A model generated the notes under the pieces. It worked only from the letters and a program-made list of their open reading frames with translations, ran no database searches and had not been told where the DNA came from. DNA of 51,304 nt. Origin: Ferroacidibacillus organovorans. Lineage in GTDB: Bacteria; Bacillota; Bacilli; Alicyclobacillales; SLC66. The number at the start of each line of letters is the position of its first letter. Position 1 is the first letter of the stretch. Both the position numbers and the translations under genes were made by a program. Below, one piece after another: positions 38,683 through 46,728 of the stretch. The stretch is from assembly GCF_001642725.1 (NCBI RefSeq), contig NZ_LSUQ01000017.1, forward strand, positions 1 to 51,304. The letters run 5' to 3'.

Positions 38683-39515
38683 GTAAATATTCCCAGCGAT
38701 TGCGCAAGTCAATCGGTTACGTTGTATTGGTCGCCATGCTTTTGATCATCATCGCGCCATTCTTTTGGATGGTGGATACCTCCTTTAAAACGAATCTGGA
38801 TATCGGAAATTTCCCGCCGAGCTTTCTGCCACATCCATTTACGTTCAGTCACTACACGAGGGCGTTTTCGAAATACGGCTTTGGTGTATATTTCAGAAAT
38901 AGCGTCGTCGTTTCCATCGTTGCCACATTCATTGTACTGGTCATCGCCTCTCTCGCCAGCTACGCGATTGCGCGACTGCCGATTCGCGGCAAGGCGCCAC
39001 TCATGGTGTTCTTGTTGGCGATCTCCACGTTTCCTGAAGTCGCTGTCATCTCACCACTTTTCCTCATCATGCAGAGAATTGGATGGCTAAACAGCTATCA
39101 ATCGCTGATTGTCCCCTACGTTGCATTTAACCTGCCTTTTGCAATATGGGTCATGCGCACGTATTTCGCCGGTATTCCCAAAGAACTAGACGAGGCGGCA
39201 CGCGTGGACGGAGCAGGTATCATGACGACCGTCTTTCGCGTGATTCTTCCCGTCGCAACACCAGGGCTCTTTACAGGTGGCGTCTTCACCTTCGTCGCCT
39301 GCTGGACAGAATTTCTGTTTGCGCTCGTCTTTAACAGCAGTCAGCAGTTTCGCACGATTCCTGTGGGTATCGCACTCTTTTCTGGACAATTCACCATCCC
39401 GTACGGCACTATCTTTGCTGGGTCTACCGTTGCGGTTCTTCCGATCGTGATTCTCGTTTTGATCTTCCAGAAATGGGTGGTGGCAGGACTTACGGCGGGC
39501 GCAGTCAAAGGATGA
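38679..39515 (+). CDS. carbohydrate ABC transporter permease (MalG-like)
   Basis: ELDEAARVDGA motif; C-terminal GLTAGAVKG. Confidence 0.95.
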   Translation: MSKYSQRLRKSIGYVVLVAMLLIIIAPFFWMVDTSFKTNLDIGNFPPSFLPHPFTFSHYTRAFSKYGFGVYFRNSVVVSIVATFIVLVIASLASYAIARLPIRGKAPLMVFLLAISTFPEVAVISPLFLIMQRIGWLNSYQSLIVPYVAFNLPFAIWVMRTYFAGIPKELDEAARVDGAGIMTTVFRVILPVATPGLFTGGVFTFVACWTEFLFALVFNSSQQFRTIPVGIALFSGQFTIPYGTIFAGSTVAVLPIVILVLIFQKWVVAGLTAGAVKG

Positions 39516-39550
39516 GAGACAGACCGTCGCGCACGGCAAACGGTCGTCAC

Positions 39551-41062
39551 TCACCAGGTATTTATCTCAAGCGCGCGGTTCACGGGATCAATGTAGATCT
39601 CCCGAGCGACCGCGCGAATGACCGCCTGTCGCACATCCTCTGGCACTTCACGCTGCGGTAGTGCCAGAAACTGCTCGATCCGTAGTGTGCCTTGAGATGG
39701 CACAGTATCCGCATTCCACTCGCTTCCCGCGTCGTGAGCTGACCGCTCCTCTTCAAGCGCCGCCAATTGTGCACGCAAGACGCACTTGCGTTCGCTCAGC
39801 TTTTTGGCGTGTGCGAGCCATTCACTTTCTTCACAGTCAGGATCCTCAAGAAAATGAATCAATCGCGCGTATGCGGCTTCTACCCGCCCCAATTCCGCGC
39901 AGAGTGTCTCGCGTAAAAGCGTGCACGCGTCTTCCTCGTTTTTCACGCGGTCTTCACGGATAGCGTAACTCCATTCCACAGGTTCCAACCACGCTTTTAT
40001 CGCCCACCACACCGCGTCATCGATGCGATCACAGCGCAAGGATAGGACACACCCAGATGTCTTTGCACCTTGTGTGTGTTTGCGATCGGTGTACGTGTAT
40101 ACGTGTTTTCCCCACTGCGTCGCACGGCATCCGGTCAGCGTATTTCCGCACAGCGCACAGCGCAACAGCCCGCTCAATAGATAACGGTGACGCGTCTGCG
40201 CCGTTCTACGACGTTTGGAGACGGATAGTTTGGATTGAGCGAGTTCAAAAATCTCTCGCGAAACAATGGCGGGAACATCAATTTTGATCCACTCTTCGAA
40301 CGGGCGTGTCTGTACGGTAAAGGGGGCATTTGGAGTTCGCGTGCGCCTGCCTTCTGCCTTCCAGCGATTTTGGTAGAATTCCCCGATATAGGTTTGGTTC
40401 ATCAAGATCTGGCGTACGACCTGGCGATGAAACAGCGGCGCGCCGCGCTTCGTCGGAATCCCGCGCTCATTTAAAAACCGCGCGATACCGTTGATCCCCT
40501 GCACTTCTCGGGTGGGCGATGTAAACAGAGAAAAAATGAGGCGTACGATGGCAGCCTCCCGTTCATCGACGAAAAACGCCGCGGTTGCGCGATCATAGCG
40601 ATACCCGTAGATGGAAAAATCGCGCAGCACACGACCCTGTTTCGCTTTTTCACGCCTCCCGCGCGCCATGCGTTCATTGATTTTCGCCTTTTCAAACTGA
40701 CTGATCGCGCCGCGCATCTGATAGAAGAGCTGTCCTTCCGGCGTATTCTGATATTCACCGCTTACAAAGCGCAGTGTCGCGCGCTTTTCCCACTCGTCGG
40801 AGAGCACCAATTGGTTCATCAATTTACGCGAGAGGCGATCAGGGTCTAGGCAGATCACCTCGTTGATCTCACCGTCGAGAATGGCCCGGCGCAGCGCAAA
40901 GAGCGCTGGTCGATCGAGGGTTTCTCCGGAGACGCCTTCATCTACATATTCGCGCACGGGTGAATTACCTGCGATCGCTCGACAACTCCTCAGTTGGTCG
41001 TTCAGGCTGAAGCCGTTTTTCGCTTGATCCTCGGTCGAGACGCGCGCGTAGATCGCAATCAA
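39551..41062 (-). CDS. large serine recombinase (SpoIVCA-like)
   Basis: YARVST catalytic Ser, DEGVSG, DRLSR, recombinase domain, LLSGLLRCALCG Zn ribbon, coiled coil; AAGGAG RBS before TTG. Confidence 0.95.
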   Translation of the reverse strand: MIAIYARVSTEDQAKNGFSLNDQLRSCRAIAGNSPVREYVDEGVSGETLDRPALFALRRAILDGEINEVICLDPDRLSRKLMNQLVLSDEWEKRATLRFVSGEYQNTPEGQLFYQMRGAISQFEKAKINERMARGRREKAKQGRVLRDFSIYGYRYDRATAAFFVDEREAAIVRLIFSLFTSPTREVQGINGIARFLNERGIPTKRGAPLFHRQVVRQILMNQTYIGEFYQNRWKAEGRRTRTPNAPFTVQTRPFEEWIKIDVPAIVSREIFELAQSKLSVSKRRRTAQTRHRYLLSGLLRCALCGNTLTGCRATQWGKHVYTYTDRKHTQGAKTSGCVLSLRCDRIDDAVWWAIKAWLEPVEWSYAIREDRVKNEEDACTLLRETLCAELGRVEAAYARLIHFLEDPDCEESEWLAHAKKLSERKCVLRAQLAALEEERSAHDAGSEWNADTVPSQGTLRIEQFLALPQREVPEDVRQAVIRAVAREIYIDPVNRALEINTW

Positions 41063-41162
41063 GATCGGTTCGCTCCTTTTCTTCCATATATGATGTGATG
41101 ATGCGGTACGCGTTTTCCCGCGCGCGGTCGGCGTGCGGGCCGTCGTGAAGTCGTAGTTTCAT
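40965..41162 (-). CDS. small ORF overlapping the recombinase start, candidate recombination directionality factor
   Basis: GAGAGGA RBS close to ATG 41162; first ORF after the putative promoter; 65 aa (MKLRLHDGPHADRARENAYRII...). Confidence 0.45.
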   Translation of the reverse strand: MKLRLHDGPHADRARENAYRIITSYMEEKERTDLDCDLRARLDRGSSEKRLQPERPTEELSSDRR

Positions 41163-41177
41163 TCCTCTCACCCGTAA

Positions 41178-41206
41178 AACGTACGCCGATTCTGGGCTGT
41201 CCTAGA
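41178..41206 (-). promoter_or_regulatory. SigE-like promoter with overlapping SpoIIID-like box driving the small ORF and recombinase
   Basis: Minus strand TCTAG-N16-CGTACGTT; TAGGACAGCC (41195-41204) fits WWRRACARNY. Confidence 0.55.
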
Positions 41207-41249
41207 CCTTGTGGAGATTTTTCCCGCAGTACCTAGGAAGTGAACGTGA

Positions 41250-41667
41250 GATTCTGATGCATCTACGCACGAGGAAAAAATCAAGCCGCGATGTGTCGAT
41301 GGATGAATCGATTGGAACGGATAAAGAGGGGAATGACCTGACACTGCGCGATGTGCTTGGGTCTGATCCGGATGAGCTTGAGCGATACGTGGGTGAGCGC
41401 ATCGAACAGGAACGCTTGCGAAGTTATTTGCATGTGCTTGACACGCGCGAGCAAAAGGTGATCTGTCTGCGTTACGGGCTGCTCGACGGTGTGGAGTGGA
41501 CGCAGAACCAAATCGCAGAACACCTGAATATCTCCCGTTCCTATGTTTCCCGCATTGAGGCGCGAGCTCTTACCAAACTCCAGCACGCGCTTCATCCGCG
41601 TCCAAAGTCTGCCCCGCGCAGTCACCTGCGCGTGATGCGTTCGTCACATCCTGGTCAATCGCGGTAG
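41250..41667 (+). CDS. sigK: 3' half of interrupted SigK (spoIIIC equivalent)
   Basis: ILMHLR..KK..DVS...IGTDKEGN and TQNQIAEHLNISRSYVSRIE region 4; in frame with the 5' half after excision. Confidence 0.93.
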
Positions 41668-41699
41668 TTTTCGCGCGGACACAGGGAGGGCGTGCCCAT

Positions 41700-41728
41700 T
41701 TGACAGTCTCTGGCATGACTGATACCCT
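41700..41728 (+). promoter_or_regulatory. SigA promoter of metG
   Basis: TTGACA-N17-TACCCT with TG extension. Confidence 0.6.
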
Positions 41729-41778
41729 ACGATCATCGAAGCGTTAGCGGATGAACCATGGGATACGTTCGTGAAAAC

Positions 41779-41811
41779 CCCGTCTCCAAGCATTTGGGGA
41801 CGGGCACTTTT
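41779..41811 (+). terminator. leader terminator/attenuator upstream of metG
   Basis: CCCGTCTCCAA-GCAT-TTGGGGACGGG hairpin followed by CACTTTT. Confidence 0.55.
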
Positions 41812-41852
41812 GCATGAGGGATCCCGTGCGCCGCGCTAAAGGGAGAGTCATC

Positions 41853-43877
41853 ATGGGCAAACCGACATTCTATATCACAACGCCAATTTATTACCCGAAT
41901 GACAAATTGCATGTCGGTCACGCGTACTCGACGACCGTTGTGGACACGATGGCGAGGTACAAGCGGTTACGTGGCTACGATGTTCGCTTTTTGACAGGTA
42001 CCGATGAGCACGGACAAAAGCTTCTGCGCCGCGCAGAGACGGTAGGCCAAGCGCCGCAAGCGTTTATTGACGGAATTGTCGCGGGGATCAAGGCGCTCTG
42101 GGAGCGACTGGACATCTCTTATGACGACTTCTTGCGCACGACAGATGAGCGTCACAAAATGCGCGTGCAGCGCATCTTTTCAAAGCTCCTGGAAAAAGGG
42201 GATATCTACCTCGGTGAGTATGAGGGGTGGTACTGTACCTCGTGCGAATCGTATTGGACAGAGCGGCAATTGAGTGACGGGAAGTGTCCAGACTGTGCAG
42301 GGCCTGTGGAACGGTTTCGGGAACAGAGCTACTTTTTTCGGATGCATCAGTACGCGGATCGTTTGATCGCCTATTACGAGGAGCATCCGGAGTTTATCTA
42401 TCCGGAGTCGCGCAAACAAGAAATGTTGAGCAACTTTTTATTGCCGGGACTCGAAGATCTCTGCATTTCAAGGACGGCAATGCCGTGGGGGATCCCTGTT
42501 CCAAACGATCCGGAGCGGGTTATTTATGTGTGGCTCGACGCGCTGACCAACTACATCACAGCGCTCGGGTATCCATTTATAGAGGATGAGCGAGACGAGC
42601 TGTTCTCGCGCTACTGGCCAGCGGACGCGCACGTGATGGCCAAAGAGATCGTGCGCTTTCACGCGATCTACTGGCCGATTATGTTGATGGCGCTCGATTT
42701 GCCGCTGCCAAAGCGCATCGTTGGACACGGTTGGCTGTTGATGAAGGATGGGAAGATGTCAAAGTCGAAAGGCAATGTGATTGACCCGAATGCCCTGATT
42801 GACCGCTATGGCTCAGACGCGCTCCGCTATTTCCTGTTGCGCGAGTTTTCATTCGGTCAGGATGGCGTCTTTACGCTTGAAGCGATCGTCGAGCGCATGA
42901 ACTATGATCTGGCGAATGACTTTGGCAATCTGGTGCATCGCACGCTCTCGATGGTCGAGCGGTTCTGCGATGGGAGAGTTCCTGTTCCCGGTGCGTTGAC
43001 GGAACTGGAGCGCGAAATCAGCGATTTGATGAAGACGTGCAAACGACAGGCGGAAGCGGCGCTCGATGCGTTTGACTATTCGGGGGCGCTTGCACAGATC
43101 TGGATGATCATTCGCCGCGGCAATCAATATGTGGATGAGACGGCGCCGTGGGCGCTTAACAAGCGTGGGGAGACGGAGCGCCTCAACACGGTCATGTACT
43201 TTGCGTGTGAAATGATTCGTACGGTTGCCATCCTGGTTGCGCCGTTTATGCCGAAAACGCCTGCCGCCGTGTTTGCGAAACTTGGCCTGCCGAGTGACAC
43301 TGCGATGAACTGGGATGACGCGGCGGTGTACGGCGTGTTGCAATCAGGGATTGCGATCGCCAAAGGTGATCCGCTCTTTCCGCGGCTCGACGTCGCAGAG
43401 GAAATGACGGCGCTTCAGGCGGTTATGGGAAAATCGACTGAAGGTGGGAATTCCGTGGAACAAACAAAAGACGCAATGTCAAACGAGGCAGCGCAAAAAG
43501 AGCCTGCGCAAAAGGACATCACAGCACATGAGACACAGCCGGAAGGCATCGCGCGACTCATCGATATTGACGACTTCGCAAAAGTGGAATTGCGTGTCGC
43601 GGGTGTCGTCGCGGCGGAGCGCGTGCCAAAGGCGGACAAGTTGCTACGTCTCGAACTTGATCTCGGATCGGAAAAACGGCAGGTCGTGTCCGGGATTGCG
43701 AAGTACTATGAGCCGAGCGACCTGATCGGTCAGAAGGTGATTGTCGTCGCCAATTTGAAACCTGTCAAACTGCGCGGTGTGGAGTCGCACGGCATGATTC
43801 TCGCCGCGTCACACGGCGATCAACTGGTATTGGCGACCGTATCCGGAGACATTCCGCTTGGCGCCATCGTGAAATGA
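41853..43877 (+). CDS. metG: methionine--tRNA ligase with C-terminal tRNA-binding domain
   Basis: YITTPIYYPN, HVGH, KMSKS and C-terminal Trbp111/OB domain. Confidence 0.98.
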   Translation: MGKPTFYITTPIYYPNDKLHVGHAYSTTVVDTMARYKRLRGYDVRFLTGTDEHGQKLLRRAETVGQAPQAFIDGIVAGIKALWERLDISYDDFLRTTDERHKMRVQRIFSKLLEKGDIYLGEYEGWYCTSCESYWTERQLSDGKCPDCAGPVERFREQSYFFRMHQYADRLIAYYEEHPEFIYPESRKQEMLSNFLLPGLEDLCISRTAMPWGIPVPNDPERVIYVWLDALTNYITALGYPFIEDERDELFSRYWPADAHVMAKEIVRFHAIYWPIMLMALDLPLPKRIVGHGWLLMKDGKMSKSKGNVIDPNALIDRYGSDALRYFLLREFSFGQDGVFTLEAIVERMNYDLANDFGNLVHRTLSMVERFCDGRVPVPGALTELEREISDLMKTCKRQAEAALDAFDYSGALAQIWMIIRRGNQYVDETAPWALNKRGETERLNTVMYFACEMIRTVAILVAPFMPKTPAAVFAKLGLPSDTAMNWDDAAVYGVLQSGIAIAKGDPLFPRLDVAEEMTALQAVMGKSTEGGNSVEQTKDAMSNEAAQKEPAQKDITAHETQPEGIARLIDIDDFAKVELRVAGVVAAERVPKADKLLRLELDLGSEKRQVVSGIAKYYEPSDLIGQKVIVVANLKPVKLRGVESHGMILAASHGDQLVLATVSGDIPLGAIVK

Positions 43878-43887
43878 GGACACGCTG

Positions 43888-44661
43888 ATGTTGGTCGACT
43901 CGCATTGTCACTTGAATGATCTTGACCTCTATCCATTGGCGGATACCCTTTTAGAAGAGGCGCAGGCATCTGGCGTTTGCACGGTGCTTGTTCCGGGGTA
44001 CGATCGCGCGTCGTCGCTGCGTGCCATCGCACTCGCGGAACGTTTCACAGACGTGTACGCGGCAGTTGGCTTTCATCCGCAGGACGCAGAGCAGGTGACG
44101 GAGCGCGACTATGACGATCTCGCGATGTGGTGCCGCCATGAGAAAGTGGTTGCCATTGGGGAGATCGGGCTTGACTATCACTACGACCATGTGCCGCGCG
44201 ACGTGCAGCAACAAGTGTTTTCACAGCAAATTGCGCTGGCAAAACGGATGAATAAACCGGTGATCATTCACGATCGCGAGGCGCATCACGATGTGTTGGA
44301 GACCTTGCGCGCGACCGACGCGGCGGCGATTGGCGGCGTTTTACACTGCTTCTCTGGAAGTGTCGAGATGATGCGTGAGGCGATCGACTTGAACTTTTAT
44401 ATTGGACTCGGCGGACCTGTCACGTTCAAAAATGCGAAAAAACCGGTGGAAGTCGCCTGCGCTGTTCCGGCGGAGCGACTACTGGTAGAGACAGACGCCC
44501 CGTGGCTGGCACCGGTGCCCCATCGCGGAAAGACGAATAAGCCGTCCTATGTTCGGTTGATTGCGGAACACATTGCAAACCTGCGCAGTATCACGCTTGA
44601 AGAACTCGGGACACAGACGACGGCGAATGCGCGTGCACTTTTTGGTCTGGGGACGCGCTGA
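43888..44661 (+). CDS. tatD: TatD family hydrolase (YabD)
   Basis: DSHCH, GEIGLDY, HDREA, HCFSG and ETDAP motifs. Confidence 0.96.
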   Translation: MLVDSHCHLNDLDLYPLADTLLEEAQASGVCTVLVPGYDRASSLRAIALAERFTDVYAAVGFHPQDAEQVTERDYDDLAMWCRHEKVVAIGEIGLDYHYDHVPRDVQQQVFSQQIALAKRMNKPVIIHDREAHHDVLETLRATDAAAIGGVLHCFSGSVEMMREAIDLNFYIGLGGPVTFKNAKKPVEVACAVPAERLLVETDAPWLAPVPHRGKTNKPSYVRLIAEHIANLRSITLEELGTQTTANARALFGLGTR

Positions 44662-44662
44662 G

Positions 44663-45235
44663 ATGGAGAAGATTCGTGAAGTCATCGTTGTCGAAGGGTT
44701 GCACGATCGCGACCGCGTTCAGAAGGCGGTCGACGCAGACGTGATCGTGACGGGCGGTTCGCACATAAAACGTCAAGTGTTTGACGATCTCGCGCGCGTT
44801 GCAAAAACGCGAGGCATCATTATTCTCACCGATCCAGATCACGCTGGAGAGCGCATTCGCCGGGAACTCGCTATGCGTTTTCCGCATGCAAAGCACGCGT
44901 ATCTCCCTCGGCGGGAGGCGATCAACAAGGATGATGTCGGCGTCGAGAATGCAACGCGTGAAGCGATTCACATCGCGCTTGCTTTGGTGCGCACACCGAT
45001 GGAGCAGAGCAACCCGGAAATTCTGTGGGAAGACCTTGTTCGCGCTGGATTGGTCGGAAAGCAGAATTCCGCTGCGCAGCGTGAACGCATGGGCGAGGCG
45101 CTGCGAATTGGATATGCCAATGCAAAGACGTTTTTTAAGCGCTGTCAAGCGCTCGGCGTCACGCGTGAGGAGTGGGAGCGCGCCCGTGCCCGCATCGCGG
45201 AATCGAATGCTGCAAAAGAGGAGTTTACGCGATGA
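44663..45235 (+). CDS. rnmV: ribonuclease M5
   Basis: EVIVVEG..D, TDPDHAGE and VGVENA toprim motifs. Confidence 0.95.
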   Translation: MEKIREVIVVEGLHDRDRVQKAVDADVIVTGGSHIKRQVFDDLARVAKTRGIIILTDPDHAGERIRRELAMRFPHAKHAYLPRREAINKDDVGVENATREAIHIALALVRTPMEQSNPEILWEDLVRAGLVGKQNSAAQRERMGEALRIGYANAKTFFKRCQALGVTREEWERARARIAESNAAKEEFTR

Positions 45236-46164
45236 AGCATCCCTTGCATGATCCGCGCTCCGTGAGGAAACTTATCAAAGAGCACCAATTCTTCGTAAAA
45301 AAGGGATACGGGCAGAACTTTCTCACGGATGACACGGTGCTTGATCAGATTGTCGATGCGGCGTGCGAGCGTCTGGCGGGCAGCGAGCGTCCGCACGTTG
45401 CGCTGGAAATTGGCCCAGGGCTTGGCACGCTCACGGAGGCGCTTGCAGAGAGCGGATTTTCCCAAGTCGTATGCATCGAAAAGGATGCTCAACTGATTCC
45501 TATCTTGGCGGAGACGCTCACAGACCACCCGCACGTCACAGTGCTTCAGGCGGATGCGCTGGAGGTTGATTTTGCGCAGTTGCCTTTTGCGCCTGGACAT
45601 GCGCTGCGCGTGGTTGCCAATCTCCCGTATTACGTGACAACGCCGATTCTCATGCGCATCCTTGAATCGGATCTTCCCTACGATCGTGCGGTGTTTATGG
45701 TGCAACGTGAAGTGGCAGAGCGTATGGTGGCTTCGCCCGGCGGAAAGGAGTATGGCGCTTTATCCGTCGCTGTGCAATACTATTGCCAAAGCGCGCTGCT
45801 TTGCATTGTGCCGCCTGAAGCGTTTTTCCCACCGCCGACCGTTGAGTCAGCTGTGATTGTCTTGGATCGCAAGAAAGAGCACGTCGTTTCAGACGTGCAT
45901 CGCCCGATGTTCTTTCGCGTGGTGCGCGCCGCGTTTGCGGTGCGTCGAAAAACACTCGCCAACGCCTTAGCCACCCATTTTGGGGATAAGGCATTTGTTC
46001 GCAAATGTTTGGAGGACGCGTCGATCGACCCCGTTCGGCGCGGTGAAACCTTATCGCTTGAAGAGTTTGCTCGTTTGGCTGTCGCATGTTCTGCACGTTC
46101 AGTTCACGCGGGTGGTGACAAGAGTGAAATTCATGAGTCTTTCAAAGGGCGCGATGTCGATTGA
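45232..46164 (+). CDS. rsmA: 16S rRNA adenine dimethyltransferase
   Basis: GQNFL, EIGPGLG, ANLPYY and RRGETLS motifs. Confidence 0.97.
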   Translation: MKHPLHDPRSVRKLIKEHQFFVKKGYGQNFLTDDTVLDQIVDAACERLAGSERPHVALEIGPGLGTLTEALAESGFSQVVCIEKDAQLIPILAETLTDHPHVTVLQADALEVDFAQLPFAPGHALRVVANLPYYVTTPILMRILESDLPYDRAVFMVQREVAERMVASPGGKEYGALSVAVQYYCQSALLCIVPPEAFFPPPTVESAVIVLDRKKEHVVSDVHRPMFFRVVRAAFAVRRKTLANALATHFGDKAFVRKCLEDASIDPVRRGETLSLEEFARLAVACSARSVHAGGDKSEIHESFKGRDVD

Positions 46165-46603
46165 AACGGTCGCCCGCGATTTACGCGATTTTTTAGAAGA
46201 AGATCGAACCGCGACATATCGGTTGATTGTTGGATCGGATTCACAGCCGCACGGCGCGCACCGCGACACTCTGTTTGTGACAGCGATTGTCATTCACAGG
46301 GTCGGGCGGGGCGCGCGTTTTTATTTCTGCAAAAGAGGGTATAAAAAACCGCTCGCCTTTCGGCAGCGAATCTTTTCTGAGGCGGCCATGGCACTTGAGG
46401 TCGTACAGGCGCTTGAAGCTCAGCTTGAGACGCTTGGGACGAGCATGCCGATTGAGATTCACTTGGATGTCGGAGAAGACGGTGAAACCAAGGCGCTGAT
46501 CAAGGATCTGGTTGGTTGGGTAACACAAAGTGGATATGAAGCGAAGATCAAACCCAATTCATTTGGCGCATCGAAGGTGGCAGACCGCTTTACCAAATCG
46601 TAG
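46124..46603 (+). CDS. RNase H-like YkuK family protein
   Basis: VGSDSQ, EIHLDVG and IKPNSFGASKVADR motifs; start approximate. Confidence 0.88.
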   Translation: MKFMSLSKGAMSIETVARDLRDFLEEDRTATYRLIVGSDSQPHGAHRDTLFVTAIVIHRVGRGARFYFCKRGYKKPLAFRQRIFSEAAMALEVVQALEAQLETLGTSMPIEIHLDVGEDGETKALIKDLVGWVTQSGYEAKIKPNSFGASKVADRFTKS

Positions 46604-46628
46604 TCGTCGATGAGGACGTGATTTTCTG

Positions 46629-46656
46629 CACGTGGGCGCTACCGCAGGCATAGGAT
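46629..46656 (+). promoter_or_regulatory. SigK-type promoter of yabG
   Basis: CACG-N16-CATAGGAT; yabG is SigK-dependent in B. subtilis. Confidence 0.65.
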
Positions 46657-46728
46657 GCCTATGCGTTTGTGACAAATGACCACGCCCTCTTGGCGTGGTA
46701 CGTCGCGCAGGCGCGGGGGGCGAGCGTC

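Larger units (their letters stand above)
34996..41249. mobile_element. skin-like sigK-intervening element, 6,254 bp
   Basis: Lies between the two sigK halves, TGA core at both junctions (34993-34995 and 41247-41249), encodes a large serine recombinase. Confidence 0.92.

Noticed and set aside
39999..40009. ATCGCCCACCA matching the tRNA-Val 3' end as a second att site
   Set aside because: Only 11 bp, inside the recombinase coding sequence, and it would bracket essential core genes; most likely chance.
34625..41667. Treating the two sigma fragments as unrelated pseudogenes
   Set aside because: They are complementary, non-overlapping, free of internal stops, rejoin in frame at a shared core, and flank an intact recombinase.
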